A stretch of DNA of 64,000 nt from Amoebophrya sp. A120 (Eukaryota > Protista > Dinoflagellata), in NCBI GenBank assembly GCA_905178155.1, contig CAJINV010000015.1:911907-975906 (forward strand). Reading direction: 5' to 3'. The position numbers and the translations under genes were made by a program. Positions 24,791-38,100 of this stretch are shown here, in pieces; position 1 is the stretch's first letter, and every line of letters starts with the position of its first letter. The notes beneath the pieces are model-generated. The model made no database searches. It was not told the origin of the DNA and saw only the letters and a program-made list of their open reading frames with translations.

Positions 24791-25997
24791 CTTCACGTTC
24801 TACTTGAGGAGGAGGCCTAAGTCCTAAAAGCCACGAATTGTCGCCATCTTGATTTTCATGCTGGGGTATCAAGTATGGGTAGGTCGGACGAGAGGTGGCC
24901 TGTTAGTAAATAAAAACTGCATTTACGCTCTAAGTCGGAATAAAATATTTTTCCAATCTTTTGGAGGAAATGAGAAAAAGGAGCTAAAAACAATCAAATA
25001 TGAGGAATTGCAAATGCAGATCCAGGTCCTGACGTTGATTATTGTTCGCACAAAATAAGTAGAGTTTCGTCAGAAAAACCGCGAAGCGAAGAAAGAAAGC
25101 GAATAGACCACGACAACGCGGATAGTTTCGCAAGAGCAATCACGACGCTACTAGGTAGAAGTACTGCAAGAATGGAAGAAAGAGACGCGATTCAGGTGCC
25201 GCGTCCTTTTCTTTGTCAACGTCTTGACTATGATAGACTGATTTGATCATTCCAGATCAACAGCCAGTGTACGATTCAGCACGATACATTGCTGGAAACC
25301 CGGCAAAAAATTTTGCACGAGGAGTCCTCGAAACCAGGACGATTCTGATGCTGCGGGGCTCCTTGGAACTGCGAAACGTAGAACGAAGACGAACGATAGT
25401 AGCATGAGGTAGAACGAGATGAAGACGCATGATGCACATGCATGTAATTGTAATGCTAATGCTAACAATCATATACAACTTCACACGGTGGAACGAAGAA
25501 ACATCTTCATCTGCACGAGCACCGGGCACGACAGCGACGAGAAGATCAAGAACAACGAAAGAAACGTGAACTCACCATCGTTATCGGATGGATCATAATC
25601 TTACACGAATATTGAGATAAATTGCGTGTGGGTTTTGTACCTCCATGCGTTTCGGTCACTTCATAGAAAGATAGGGTGATATAATGATGTTGGGGACGAC
25701 AGATAAACGGTAAATTTTTCCAGAAGGAGGAGCACTACTTCCAGAGCAGAGAAGGTCGCATCTGTAGTTGAATGCGTCAATGATCCTTCTCTTGCAATCT
25801 GCAGGTAAAAACCGCAGGGCGTCGCCATTGGCCGCTGCGCTAGAAGGAAAAAAGTAGTGAGCTCGTTCTACTTAATTCTACATGTTGTATCAATGGTCTA
25901 AAAATGCGAAATGGGGAGCGTACAGGTACTTACTACGAAACATGTTCAATTTCAGCAGGGTAGAAAACGAAAAAAAAAAAATATAAACTTCATTCGG

Positions 25998-28900
25998 TCA
26001 CCCGGGCGCCGCCCCCCCGGCAACCGAGAATCTGGCTTGGCTGGCGCGACCGTCAAAGGACACTACACCCGCCGCCTCCTCGAGTGCGTGGTCCGTTGCC
26101 CCCGGATCCAACGCGTGGTCGATCGCCTTCCCGGCGTGCGTCAGCCCTCCCGGCGCCGCTTTGTTCATCGGATGACTTGTTTGCAATCCGGCTTTGAAGT
26201 CTTGCGCCGCGTGCAGGAAGGACCGCCGCGTGCCACCCTCCGCCGCGCTTCTTGGCTCGAGACCCGCGGCTAAGTTTAAGTTAGTGCCGTGAGCGTGATC
26301 GCCAAGAACAGCGGCATTGGAATTACTTTTCTGTAATGCAGCACCGGCTTTAGTACTATTCCCCCCGGTTGATGCGGCCACGGCTTTCAGCTTACCCGCG
26401 GCCTGCGCAAACCTGGCTTTCGCCTTGGCCTTTGCCGCTAGCGCCGCTTTGGCGGACGCCGTCGTGCCGGGTTTCGCTTTGCTCTTGCTCTTGGCCGCTG
26501 CCTTAGAGTGTCCGCCAGTAGATTTATTCGATGCCGTTCCGACTGATGGGGCACCAGAGGTATTGCCTACCGAAGAGTCGTCTCCAGATAGATCTCCGCC
26601 TGTTCCTGCCCTCCCCAGCGCGAACGCGTCTTCTACTCCCGCGCCTGGCGCGGCTCGCTGCCGGAGAAATTCATTTTCGAGAAATGCGTCTTCATTTCCA
26701 CCATAGCAATGCTTGTTACCCCTAGTCGTTGCACCTGGTGCTTCGCCGGCAGCGAGTCCCCCTACGATGTCGTTGTAGATATTATTTTGTCCTGGTGCAG
26801 CCACACCACCCCCGCCCTGTTGATAGGTTTTCTTAGCAGCCCCGGAGACCGCCTTGCTGCCCCGTTGTTTCGGCTTCACAGCCAGCGCGTCGGGTATGAT
26901 CGGCTGAGAGAAGTCCACATATCAAATGCAAAAATGTCTGGGTCTGGAAAAGTGTAAACTTGTCATGCAGATTTTCCATGACCCATGAGGTCTGGAATGC
27001 GGGACTTACTAGCATGACAGACTCTGCGAGGTCTCTGGCTCTGCCATGCCTATCGTGCATGAGAAACTCCCTTCCAAGTTGGTCAAAAGTGTACCGCTTT
27101 TGGCACTCATGCAACACAGATTTTTGCATGCTTCAGATTTACGATGACAAGTTGCAATCTTCCAGACCCAGACATTTTTGCATTTGATACCACATCTGCA
27201 CCGTCTAAACCCTTCGCCCAGAACCGCGCTGGGTCCATCGTGGTCGATGCCAAATTGTAGCTCTGCACACTCATCACGCCCATGCTTGTGTTTGCTCCCA
27301 GTCCCTGCGCACCGCCGTAGGTGGCATGATTGACTCCGGAGGCCATACTGTTAAGCCCAGCCGTGGAAGTGCCGCTGTGCCTCGGGGCCGCTGTCGGAAT
27401 GTCGCCAGCAGAATGATCAGCGCAACATTCGCAACCGGCAAAAGAGAAATAGATCCCCACGGCCAGCAGTACTAACACCCCGCACCCGGCGAGAATCCCG
27501 ATGAGCACGAGCTTTTGCAAGCGCTCGTCGGCGGCTTTTTCGTCAGCAAAAGCACCATCCCCGATCCGATCTTCGGCGCTTACGAGTTGCTCTGTGTTCT
27601 CTCCTTCTTCTGTGGGAACAGGAAGCCCGGACGTGTCATCCAAGGCCTGCTTCTGGGCCAACTCCCTTGCGGCTTCCAAATCGAGAGTGAGCTGTAGCGT
27701 CTCCTCTTCCGGCCCGGCTATCGCGATCTCCCCGTCTAGAAGTACCTCTCCAGAGGGAAATTTTGGGATGGACGGTAGGTTCAGGTTTTGGACTAATTTT
27801 GCCTCGGTTGCGAACCTACTCTCCTGTTCGAAATTTTTGAACCCGCAGACCGTCATTTTGTCCACATAGTTGCCAGGTTTTTTCGTTGTACCCATCAAAT
27901 TGGTCGCTTGACTGTCCACGAAAAATTGCTCTACCAGATTCTTGACACTCGCTGCGTCTTCGTGATCTCTTGGCATAAAGGAAACCTGCGGATACTCTGC
28001 TTCTTCTTTCGCTGCATCTTCGTCTCCTCCTGCTGCAGTTTCAGTTGTTCCTCTCACCAGCTTGATCAGATACAGACTGCATTCGCCCCGCTTGGACCAG
28101 AGAAATTGTTCGCGGTAAATGGGAGTCTTGGCGAGCAGCCGGGTGTAGGGGCTCCGGATCTTTAACGTTTCTGTATCTTGCTCCGCGGTTTCAGTTTCAT
28201 CTTGCAGTTCCTCGGATCTTTCCGGCAAGAAGTGCTCCTGCCACTCGATTTCGCGTTGGCTCTCCAGATACACAGCCGTCGGCGGGTACACAAACTGATA
28301 CGCAACACAGTCCCCCCTCCGTAAACAGTCGTGGTAGCACCCGAGCTCCGATTCTTCGGCGAGAGCGGGGGCAAGCAGGTTGATTTTCTCCTTCTGGAGA
28401 ATGTGTTCCGCGTAAAATTTTTCCTTCTTCGGGTACCACAGCTCTTTCAAATATCTCGTCCGGCTTCCGTCGTCGTTCGGCTCCAATTCCTGACCGACCT
28501 GCGTGAAAGTCTTCAACCACGGTTGGATCTCGATTTGCGATTTCTTCAGAATTGTTGCCGTCTTTCTATCTTCATTAGAATCTTCGCTCGACTGAGGTAG
28601 TTTTTTTACAAACGGGATCAGCTCGTCTGCAGCATTTTGTACAACTTCTACCGAGCAGCGCGCGCCCAGGTATCGTTTCACCGCCAAGTCTGATGTCGTT
28701 GACTGAGCTGCGTCGAGTTGCGGGTCGGGCCAGATTTTCGATCCCACGCCGCGAAAATTTGAGTGTAGGAGCGCCCAGTCCGGTTCGTTTTTGTGGTACA
28801 CAAACTCGTCGAAGTTTCTGGTGACCAGCTTTCCCGTGCGCGTTTGTAAATCGCAGTTTTCGAAACGGAGGTCTTGCTGTAATTCGCTTCCCTGCGGACA

Positions 28901-30889
28901 GGGTCTCTTTTTTTCCAAAAAGAGTGACTTCTGGTCGAACGTCAATTCTTGCCACAGCACCTCTTTCCCGTCCACAGACACGACGCACCTGTCACCGGCG
29001 CTTTTCATTCTGCGGCGCTTGATGTGCCTCCCTCCGCAACAGGTTTTGGGAAACAAAGGTAGTTTTTCTGCTTCTGCGTCTTTTTCGACCGCCCTCATTT
29101 TCGTCGTGCAAAACGCGCTATCGTGGAACGCAACTGCTCCCGGATCCTTCGCGTCGTAGACTGCGGCTTGGATACTGACCCAATCTGCCAAAGTGACCCC
29201 GCCCTCCGGATCCAGTAAAGCGCTGCTCGACGAGCTGTCACTGCTGCTGTTTTGCAAAAAGAACGCGCATAGCTGCGCGTCGGAGTTGAAGCTTCCTGAG
29301 TCAGAGGCTTCGCCCTTGCTCAAGCTTCTTGTCAACGCGGTCTGGTAACTGAAAAAATCCGGCTCCGAGGAGGGAGAAGTTTGAGCAGCAGAATTATCTG
29401 CATTGTCTTCTTTCTGGTCCTGTAACCGGAGACTGAACTTACCATCCGAATCCTCTTTCGGATCCTCGAATTTCGTTCCAAATCGCGCCCAAGCTTGACA
29501 ATACGGATGCTGCTCACAAAGCAACCCGCACTCCATGGGGGTTTTTGCGAAAACTTTTGTGGGATACACCCCCGGGAACCCGTACTCAAAGCCGGTGGAA
29601 ACGGTTTTTTTGTATCCACTGCAAATACGTCTGGGTCTCCTGGAAGATTGCCAGGTTTGCGATGCATATTTTGCATGACCCGTGACGCCTGTAATGCATG
29701 GCCTAGCATCACAGATTTTTGGAGGGCTTCCTGTTGCCTATTCCGCATGAGAAATGCCCTCTCCAGATAGGACAAACCGGACTGCTATTGTTGCTGGTCA
29801 TGCAATACAAATTTTTTCAGAATCCAAAGACAGCATCACAAGTTGTGACCTTCCAGACCCAGACAAATTTGCACTGGATATTTTGATCTCCCTTGCTATT
29901 TCGTCGGACAACCCGGTCACTTCGGAGGCTGGTAGTGTCTTCTCGTGTTCCCCAGCCTGCTCTGTACTCTTGTATTTCGGCAAATAGAACATGTGGACTG
30001 TGTTTCTCGCTAGTTCCTCACCGGCTAGTACGACTGTTGCAGCTCCTGCTGCGCCGTCTTGTTCCGGTTTTTCTCTCTCGTCGAAGCAGGTCTTGTATTT
30101 GGGCAAGGAGTCCTCGAGGAATTGCTTTACGACGTCGTCTCCGGGTTTTCCCTTCTCATCTTCATCTTCTAGTCTGCCCCAGAGAAAATCCTCCTCGGTC
30201 TGCCACGTCGAAAACTTACACTTCTCGGGCGGCAATGCCAAGGTTTTCAGTAGTTTGTGGGGTGACGAGTAAAGTTGTTGTAGAGAAGAAGATTCTTGAT
30301 CATACTTTAATATTCCGTCAAGACCTTTTTCTTTCTCGCTTTTCTCACTTTCAACATCTTGCAGACGAACTTGTTCCACATATTGTGCTGGTCGTACACG
30401 GCCTGGGGCACGTCCACGTGCAAGAACCTGTAATAGAGCTCCTCCTGCAGCTCCATCAAGTAGTTCTTGCTGAGCTTCTTCCACCTCTTCGTGCGGCCCT
30501 CGCCGCGGCCCAGTAGCAGGATCGACGTCCACAACATCATTATCCTGTTCTAGTCTTGTTCCCTCCTGCTGCTCTTCGAGAGGTGCCTCGACGTACCGTG
30601 TCCTAGTCCTTGACGTAGCTCTGCTAGAAGTGGTACTTTTCTGTTGAGTTTTACTTGTAGTCTTCAGAAGCTGGTGCTGAGGACCACCACCGGTTTTTTT
30701 ATCCCGCAGTTTATTCTTTTCCGTACCTGCCAATATTTTCGACCTCTTCTGCCTCTTCACTGAGGACGTTCTCACGGAGACGGCTCGGACCAGCACGTAG
30801 GAGTTCTTGCAGAGGTGCAAGTGCTTGTCGTGGAAATTGTTATTAAAAACCACAAGTAGCTGCACGGCGACCGTTGCCACGGTCCTCAT
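25998..30889 (-). CDS. type I membrane protein with PAN/Apple-like Cys motifs (putative adhesin)
   Basis: Hydrophobic N-terminus; ECGLLCEQHPYCQAW and GCYHDCLRRGDCVAYQF; TM LVLIGILAGCGVLVLLAVGIYFSF. Introners 29613-29880 and 26920-27189 join in frame. Confidence 0.75.
26920..27189. mobile_element. introner, family A
   Basis: TSD CCACA. Confidence 0.92.
29613..29880. mobile_element. introner, family A
   Basis: TSD TTTTG. Confidence 0.9.
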
Positions 30890-33800
30890 TTTTGATCACC
30901 GGTCGTCGTGCAGTAGAAATGGTCGGCGGCGCAAGGGGACTACTACAGGTAGTTCCGGTTCCACTCCTAGAAGTAGGTTAATATTGGAAACTGGGTTACT
31001 TAATGGAAGATTGATCAGGTTAGAAATGTATCTCAAGAATGGGTCGCCCGCAGTCGGGAACGAATGTTGAGTGGCACCGGGAGCAGGTGCACTTACAGAA
31101 TGAAAGGGAACAAAGGATTATGAATCTACACGACGGGCATGATATTATTAGGGTGGGCATGTTCAAAATATGGGCAAATACGGGGGCAACTTTACTTTCT
31201 GAAACTGAAAGTCAAAATAGTTGGAATGCTATATTTGTTTTTGTACGATGAATTGGTACTACGTGGAAAAAAATCATTTTCAACATTCTGCTCTTCCTGC
31301 AGTAGAAGCGATTGCACTTCATATCTGGTACAATCAGAAGTAGATGATGAACGATTTCTTTGTACGAGCACGAAGATGCGCATGCACCACAACAACAGCG
31401 CAGGTTGCACGAAAAAGAGCATCATGGTAAAACCAAACGAAGCAGACGACGACCGACTAGGACATGGATGATCACCGCCAGCTCGTGGCAGTTGTGTATT
31501 GCCTGTTCAGTAGCACGGCTCCACTGTTTCTCTTTGTTTTTGACGTTGGCGTCTACTGTTGTGGTGTACGACGAGTTGGTCATCGCGGTTTTTATTGAGG
31601 AGGCAAGCATAGTGCTTATGAGTGTAACAGGGCCTTGTAGTCCCAAGAACGACACAAGAAAGTCGCTCTGCTGGGTCATCTTTATGTTTAGTTATGATGC
31701 TGGCACGTATGTTTTATTATGCACCCCTCGTCGACTCCCAAGTCGATAGTAAATTGAAAATGCGTCTTGCTCACCTTGCGTTAAGATGCGACGCTGTACA
31801 AGTAAACAAGTAGGTGTGGGTCCGCTGTAGTACATTTTGGCCTCGTTAATATTTGTAATCGTTTCTTGCCGTTCATGTAGCACGTTTCATCTTCAATACA
31901 AAGCAGCTCGGCAAGAAGAACTGTGAGGGCGTGGATTTTCGGTGTACTAGCGCTTGTTTATTTTAGTGTCCTCGCTCTTCATTCAGGAAAATCGTCTTCA
32001 CCTATGACAGTTTTTTCCTGCTGTGAACGCAGCAGCATCCGCGAGCTTCTTCGGGAGAAGAAGCATCGCAGGGCGCTGGCGCTCCAAACTAAAACACTTT
32101 CGTGCTGGTAGAGTGCAGCTAACTCGCAGAGCGTTGCAGAGCGCTACATCTTTGCAGAGCGATGGAAAAAAAGCTGATGTAGTACTGCCGTGCTGTTGTT
32201 GACTGATGTCGCTAGATTTTTCTTTTCCTTCGTGAAATACAATTTTTCTTTGTGAGATTCTGTCGCTATTGATGACGCTGCAACTGCAACTGGTGCTGCA
32301 TTTGCTATCCCTATTTCTATTAGTTTTGCGTTTGTAGTTCTTATGCGAGATTGCGAGAGAATGCGCAATCGCGAGAGAATGCGCAAAGAAAAAATAGAAA
32401 GCAGAAGCTTGCCGCATCAACAAGGTGAGTATATGGGGGGACCGTAGGGCGAAGCACACCCTCAGCGGTAGAGCAGAAATTCTACCAAGTTTATCTTCCA
32501 CTTGAGGCTTTTTTTTTCGTTGCTGTTGCTTCACTTGCTGCACAAAAATAGTCAAATACTAACTCTCTTGAGAAACTTGCACATGCTGTCATCATGAAAC
32601 TACTCCTTAGCCTGCCTAGTGCAGATTCAAACATTACAGATGAAGATCAAGATACCCTCCAAAGAATCACGTGGATGCCACTGTGCGTGTATTTCTTGTC
32701 ATCTTTTGATCTGTGCGAAAAGGAGAGCAGCCATAAGAAGTCGCACAAATATTTGGTAAAAACCTCACAAACAACTGTGTCACAACGTGCTGCACTAGAT
32801 AGACAGGCTCCGGCCTCACTCCGGGGAAGCTGGAAATCCATACTGACATGAAGTGACACAACAACTACAGTAAAGAAACCATGACAAAGCTGTTATGGAA
32901 GCTTCGGGGTCTAGAAAGGTGCACCAAATGAGTTCCGCTCCTTCGTTCTTCTACTTAAGCTTAGTCTACTTCACACCTAGTTCTTGTTCTGCTGCTTCTG
33001 CTATACTTACGCAGTAGCCAAATCGAGCGGTAGGTACGGGATAAGCGGGCAGCTCTCAACATTGATGTGGTGGTGGAGTCCAGATTTTGATATTGTACTA
33101 ATCAAAGAACAAGGCACAATCTCATGTCAATCTCTAGGCCTATTTTTATTCTTAAAGCGCCCAGTTGTAGATTTTTTTAGTGGATTAGCAGCAGAGGCTT
33201 CACCCAGCAGCGGGCTGTTTTTTTTTATTTTGTTTGATTTTTTTGCATTTTCATTTGAGAAAAAGCTTTATTTTGTTCCTAAGTATCAAGCTCTTCTGCA
33301 GAATTTTTTGTGCCGCGGTCGTTGGCCTTTAATGTAGACCTTCGACGAGCAGGCTTGTACGTCTGGAGAGCTTTTGGGATTGGGTTCTTCTTTTTGGAGA
33401 AACAACGTAAGAGAATAACGATAAAGAAGTACGCAGGATCTGTATTAAGAGAATAACGATAAGAAGTACGCTTTGTCATATTAGGGTTCTGTCTTTTATT
33501 TCATTGTGTATTTTTATCTTGAATCTCCAGTCAGAGACGGAGCTCCAAGCTTCGGACAAAAAATTAAGGCAAAAGAGCGCAGCGATTTTTTTTTTTCGTT
33601 TTTTGCTTTTTTTTTGTTTTTCAGGTTTTTTGCTTTTGTTCTGTTTTGTGATTTTTGTCGTTTTTTCTGTTGCGTGAAAACTCCGGATAGTTGAAAACGC
33701 GACGTGTGCGCGACGAAACGTACTAGGTCGCGACGAAACGCAGGCTCCGATAATATATCGGATGCGATTGGATCTGGCGGATCCGGTTAGTACTGTATCA

Positions 33801-35140
33801 GAAGGAGAACAGTGCTCGTACTCCTCGTGACCGGATCGATATTAGACCAATATACAAGCTTCTGCATTCATAATTGTGAGAAGATGTTTGTAGAGAAAAG
33901 CATTGAGAGATGTAGATGTACAGATCTAGATAGGTTATCCTCGATAAAAAAATACCCAACTCCCTTGCACGAGAAACCGAAGTCAAGAACAGTTTTTTTT
34001 CTTCTTTTCAATTTCAAATCGCTGACCACGTCTAGTCGTGCGGCGTTCGGGTCTTATTTTGCATAAGAGAAGACGAAGAAGTTCTTACAGTCAGTTGGTC
34101 AGAAATCCTCCGGGTCGTAGAAAAAGGAAGAAGAAGAAGAAGAAACTACTGCTCCTTGACTGGAATTTCCATACTACAGCTGCCGCACCTACCTGTTGGT
34201 CTTCCGTGCCGGTGGTGCAGAAGTGGCACGACGACGACCTCCACAACGGTCGATTTATTTATTGTTGTATCTTCTCTCCTGAGTAGGAACAAGCTTCTAC
34301 CGCATGCCGCCTAACTCGATGAGTATTTGAAGAGTTGTAAATCAACAAGACCACGCTGTGTCGTGTGGCTGTCATTGCAGCTCCTGAATTAGTGTACTTA
34401 CTTCATTCGTGTCGCTTTCTTCACTTTTTCGTCCTGTCGCTTGGTTCAAAGTTGTCGCTCGTCCGGCGTGATGATAGAGGATTTTTCATCTCAATGGAGT
34501 CGTAATGTCGCGGGCTGACATAACAGTAGAAGTTGTACTTGTCGTAGATAATAGAACGGGTACGTAGCGCAGGTAGTTGTATGTCAGTTGTAATGCTGTC
34601 GCAGCACGACAACATCGATATCGAAGAATCGTCACCATTGCAAGTTGTAGTAGCAGTTGTGTCGCAGTAAGAAGATCCTCGCCCTCCATTTCGTTTCGTC
34701 CACGAAAGAGCAGTGACGTTTGCTCTTTGAGGCTATTGCTTTAAAAGCTAAAGCTTCTTCTGGTTCTGTTTTTTTAGATGCAAAAGCCTTTTGCATCTAA
34801 AAAAAACAGAACCAGAAGATGCAACGGAAACTATCGTAGCGCACTTTATGTACTTAGCTGCTGCCGGTTCCCTTTCTCGTGCACAGGTAGTCGATGCTTC
34901 GCAGTGGTGGATAAATGGCATATGAAGATGTACTTGGAATGCGAGCTGCTGATGTTCACGCTATCTTCTTACTGTAATGACGAGTATGTCATGCGAATGC
35001 TACGTCTTATTTTTCTATCACTGTCTACAAGTATTGTTATATCAGGTCGAAAGCCGCCATCTTCGCAAAAAATCTATTATAGCAGGCTTGCAAAACAAAG
35101 CAAAGTAACATTAAATCTTCATCAAATTTTCGTATCATTA

Positions 35141-38100
35141 TCACTTTTTCCCTTTCTTGTGCTTTTTTGACGAGGGGGCAGTAGACTGGGGCTTGCTGTT
35201 CTTGTCAGGGCCAGCTTTTTCTTCCCCGCTGTTCAACATCAAAGTCGAACTAGTTGGCCTCGAGGGCTGGATATAATCTTCAACATGGATTTCAGTGTCA
35301 CCTCCTTCATCATCCGACAGCTCGGGAATTGTACAGCCGCTCCTCAGCACGTCGTTCACAAAATCCAGCTGCTCCTGGGCATTGCAGACATCGTTGTTGT
35401 ATTCGAACTCATCTTCCAAAATAAATCTTCTGCACTCATCTTCTTCTTCAACACCGTGATTTTTAGCGTCTTCATCAGTGCTGTCGTCCTCGTCGCTATC
35501 AGGGGGTAAAAGACGCTCAACTTGGTTGTTCAGTCGACCCTTCATCTTGCGAGAGGATAAAGCAGAGCCGGTGGAAGTTGTTCCGGGCCCCCTAGAGGGG
35601 ACCCCGGCACCGCCCAGAAGGTCATTACTGCCAGCAGTTGTCGCAGCAGCATTCTCGTCATTCGCATTCGAGCTGCAGCTGGCCGATCCCGAGCATGAGC
35701 TTGTGCTAGAGAAGGCCGAGGTGGCAGCTGTTCTGCTCGCAGGAAATAAATTCATTCCACCACCACCAATTCTGCTTGCACGACTGCTGTAGTTGCGGCT
35801 CGAGGACGAGCTCCCTCCCCCGCCGCTGGCCCGCATCAGAAATTCCCGCACATCTTCCTCGTCCTCTTCGTCCGCATCTTCATCCAGATAAAAAACGTCG
35901 TGTTCCTCGTGCTCCCCTTCGCGCAGGATTTCCGCAATCCGCGATGCCGACATGGTTTCCTCCCCGTCTTCCGCGATGGAATAGGAGGCCGCGAACTTGT
36001 TCACGGAAGTGCTGGAAGAGGGGACCCCGGACGTTGATGAAGCGGGAGGTAGTACCCCACGACCGGCCGCACTACTGCGAGGCTTGGCAGGCATAGAACT
36101 GGTTGTGTTTCGACGGTCAAGAAGTGGCTTCTTCTTGTTCACCTCTGACGAAGAGACACTCGAACTACTCGAAGTAGAAGTCGCACTTGCAGTTGCAGCA
36201 GCTGTAGCCGCGCCCCAAGTGACCTGCCCGCTCGGAGAGCGCGGCCCTTCCAGACGTGCATAATCTTGTATGCTCGTAGACCATTCAGCACGCGGAGCGC
36301 CACGTGGAGGTCCACCGAGCCGAAAATTTTCCGGCAGAGGCATTCCCGGGGGGAAAAAAGGTTTGAGTTTTTCCATTATGTGTTCTACGTACACTTTGTC
36401 TGACTGGAATTTAATATTTTTACCACAAAGGCCGCGCGGGGATGTTCTTGTTGACATCGGTTGATGTTCTTCTTCTCCGGCATTTTTGTCGGTTGTGTTG
36501 GGGCGGCCCTCGCCCTGCTGCTCTGCTTCTGCTGAAAACGCCGCTGCAACGTCGTAAGAATGGTTTAACCTTGTTCTAAAAATCTCCGCCAGCTGTCGTT
36601 CTGCCTCCAATTTCTTTTCCCCTTCGCCATGCTCGCTGACGGTCCTGGACAAGTTCGTGATCACTTCTCGCTGCGACCTGTCCTCAGATAAGACTTTTGT
36701 CAAAACCTCCCGGGCCTTTTGGTGCTCATCATGTCTCCCGAGGTGCACGACTCGGGTTTTAGGATTTGATGCATTTCGCGTGGTGCAGATGTCGCCATGC
36801 TCTTCATTTTCCACCTCGTCAAGTAAGGCAGTTGTAGGCGTTCGTTATGAACTGCAAAAGTATCGTACTCGTATAAATGCATTACAAATTTTCTCAGCAT
36901 GAGAAATGAAATTTGTAATGCCGATCTACATTGAGAAAAAAATTTGTAATGCATGATTGCAAAAATACGAGTGCGATACTTTTGCACAGGATATTCGTGT
37001 GGTGCATGTTATTCGTGGATCTTGATGTTGTATCGCAAGAAAAAACTGTTTCACTGTGAACTTGTGATGCATCGAATGGAACACAGAACTATTTGCCTTG
37101 CTACACCTGCAAGACATTGACTCTTTAGAGGTGTTTTCCCTTGGAGAGCGCGCATGGCAAATTTTCTGTGTCATGTGTAGCAAACTTGTGATGCGGATCT
37201 TGCAGAAGCATCACAGTGAAACAGTTTCTTCGTGGGATATGTTGTCCTTCAACTGCACCTGCCATGTTGCGGGAAAAATGATCTCCTGCTTCGACTTCTG
37301 CTCGAAGATGTCCGGTTGTAGGACCCGCTCTACTTTCACCATCAGCTGCTGTTGCTGTTTTTCCTGCGTGCTGGAGATCATTTTCATTCCCCCGGGTCGC
37401 TGTGTTAGTATCACTTCCACCTCGAAGATCTTCTTGTCCGCCTGCTCGTGCACCACAAAAACTACTACGACGTGCTGCATTATTTCTACTGTGGTGTAGC
37501 TGACGGTTTAATGTTTCGTGAAGATCTTCCCGTTCTACCACCCGATGCGATTTATCGTAGTCCTTCCCCGCCCCAATTAGCTGCGACAGATTGAAGTGCA
37601 CCTGGTATTGCATCTCCAGGATTTCGCGCAGACAGTCTTCCCGCTTCGCCTTGCGCCTCTCGTTTTCGATCTCGACATTCAACTGCACGTCGTATAGTTT
37701 TTCCCAATTTTTGAACTCCGCTTTGAAGTCCATATTCCGTGCCTTGGGCGCCACCACGCGGTTGAAAAGAAACCGTTTCACAATCTGCTCGCAGTCCCGA
37801 AACTTGATCGCGACCTCGCGGAGGTCTTCCCGCGCAATAGCACTGCGGCCGTCTTTTTCGTAGATACCATCCTGCAGCAACTGCAACCCATCCCCGTCGC
37901 CCGTTTCGCGCAGCTTTTTCTCCGCCCGTTCCACCGTCCGGTGGTCCTGAAAGCGCTCGACATCCTTCTCTCGGAGATAGCCGCAGATTTCGCTCGCCTT
38001 GTCGAATTCTGCTGAATACTCCGTTGCGAGTTTTTGGCTGGAGGTGAAAAGTAGCATCGTCTGTTCGTGGTCGGCGTGAATCTGCTGAAAACGTTCTTTC

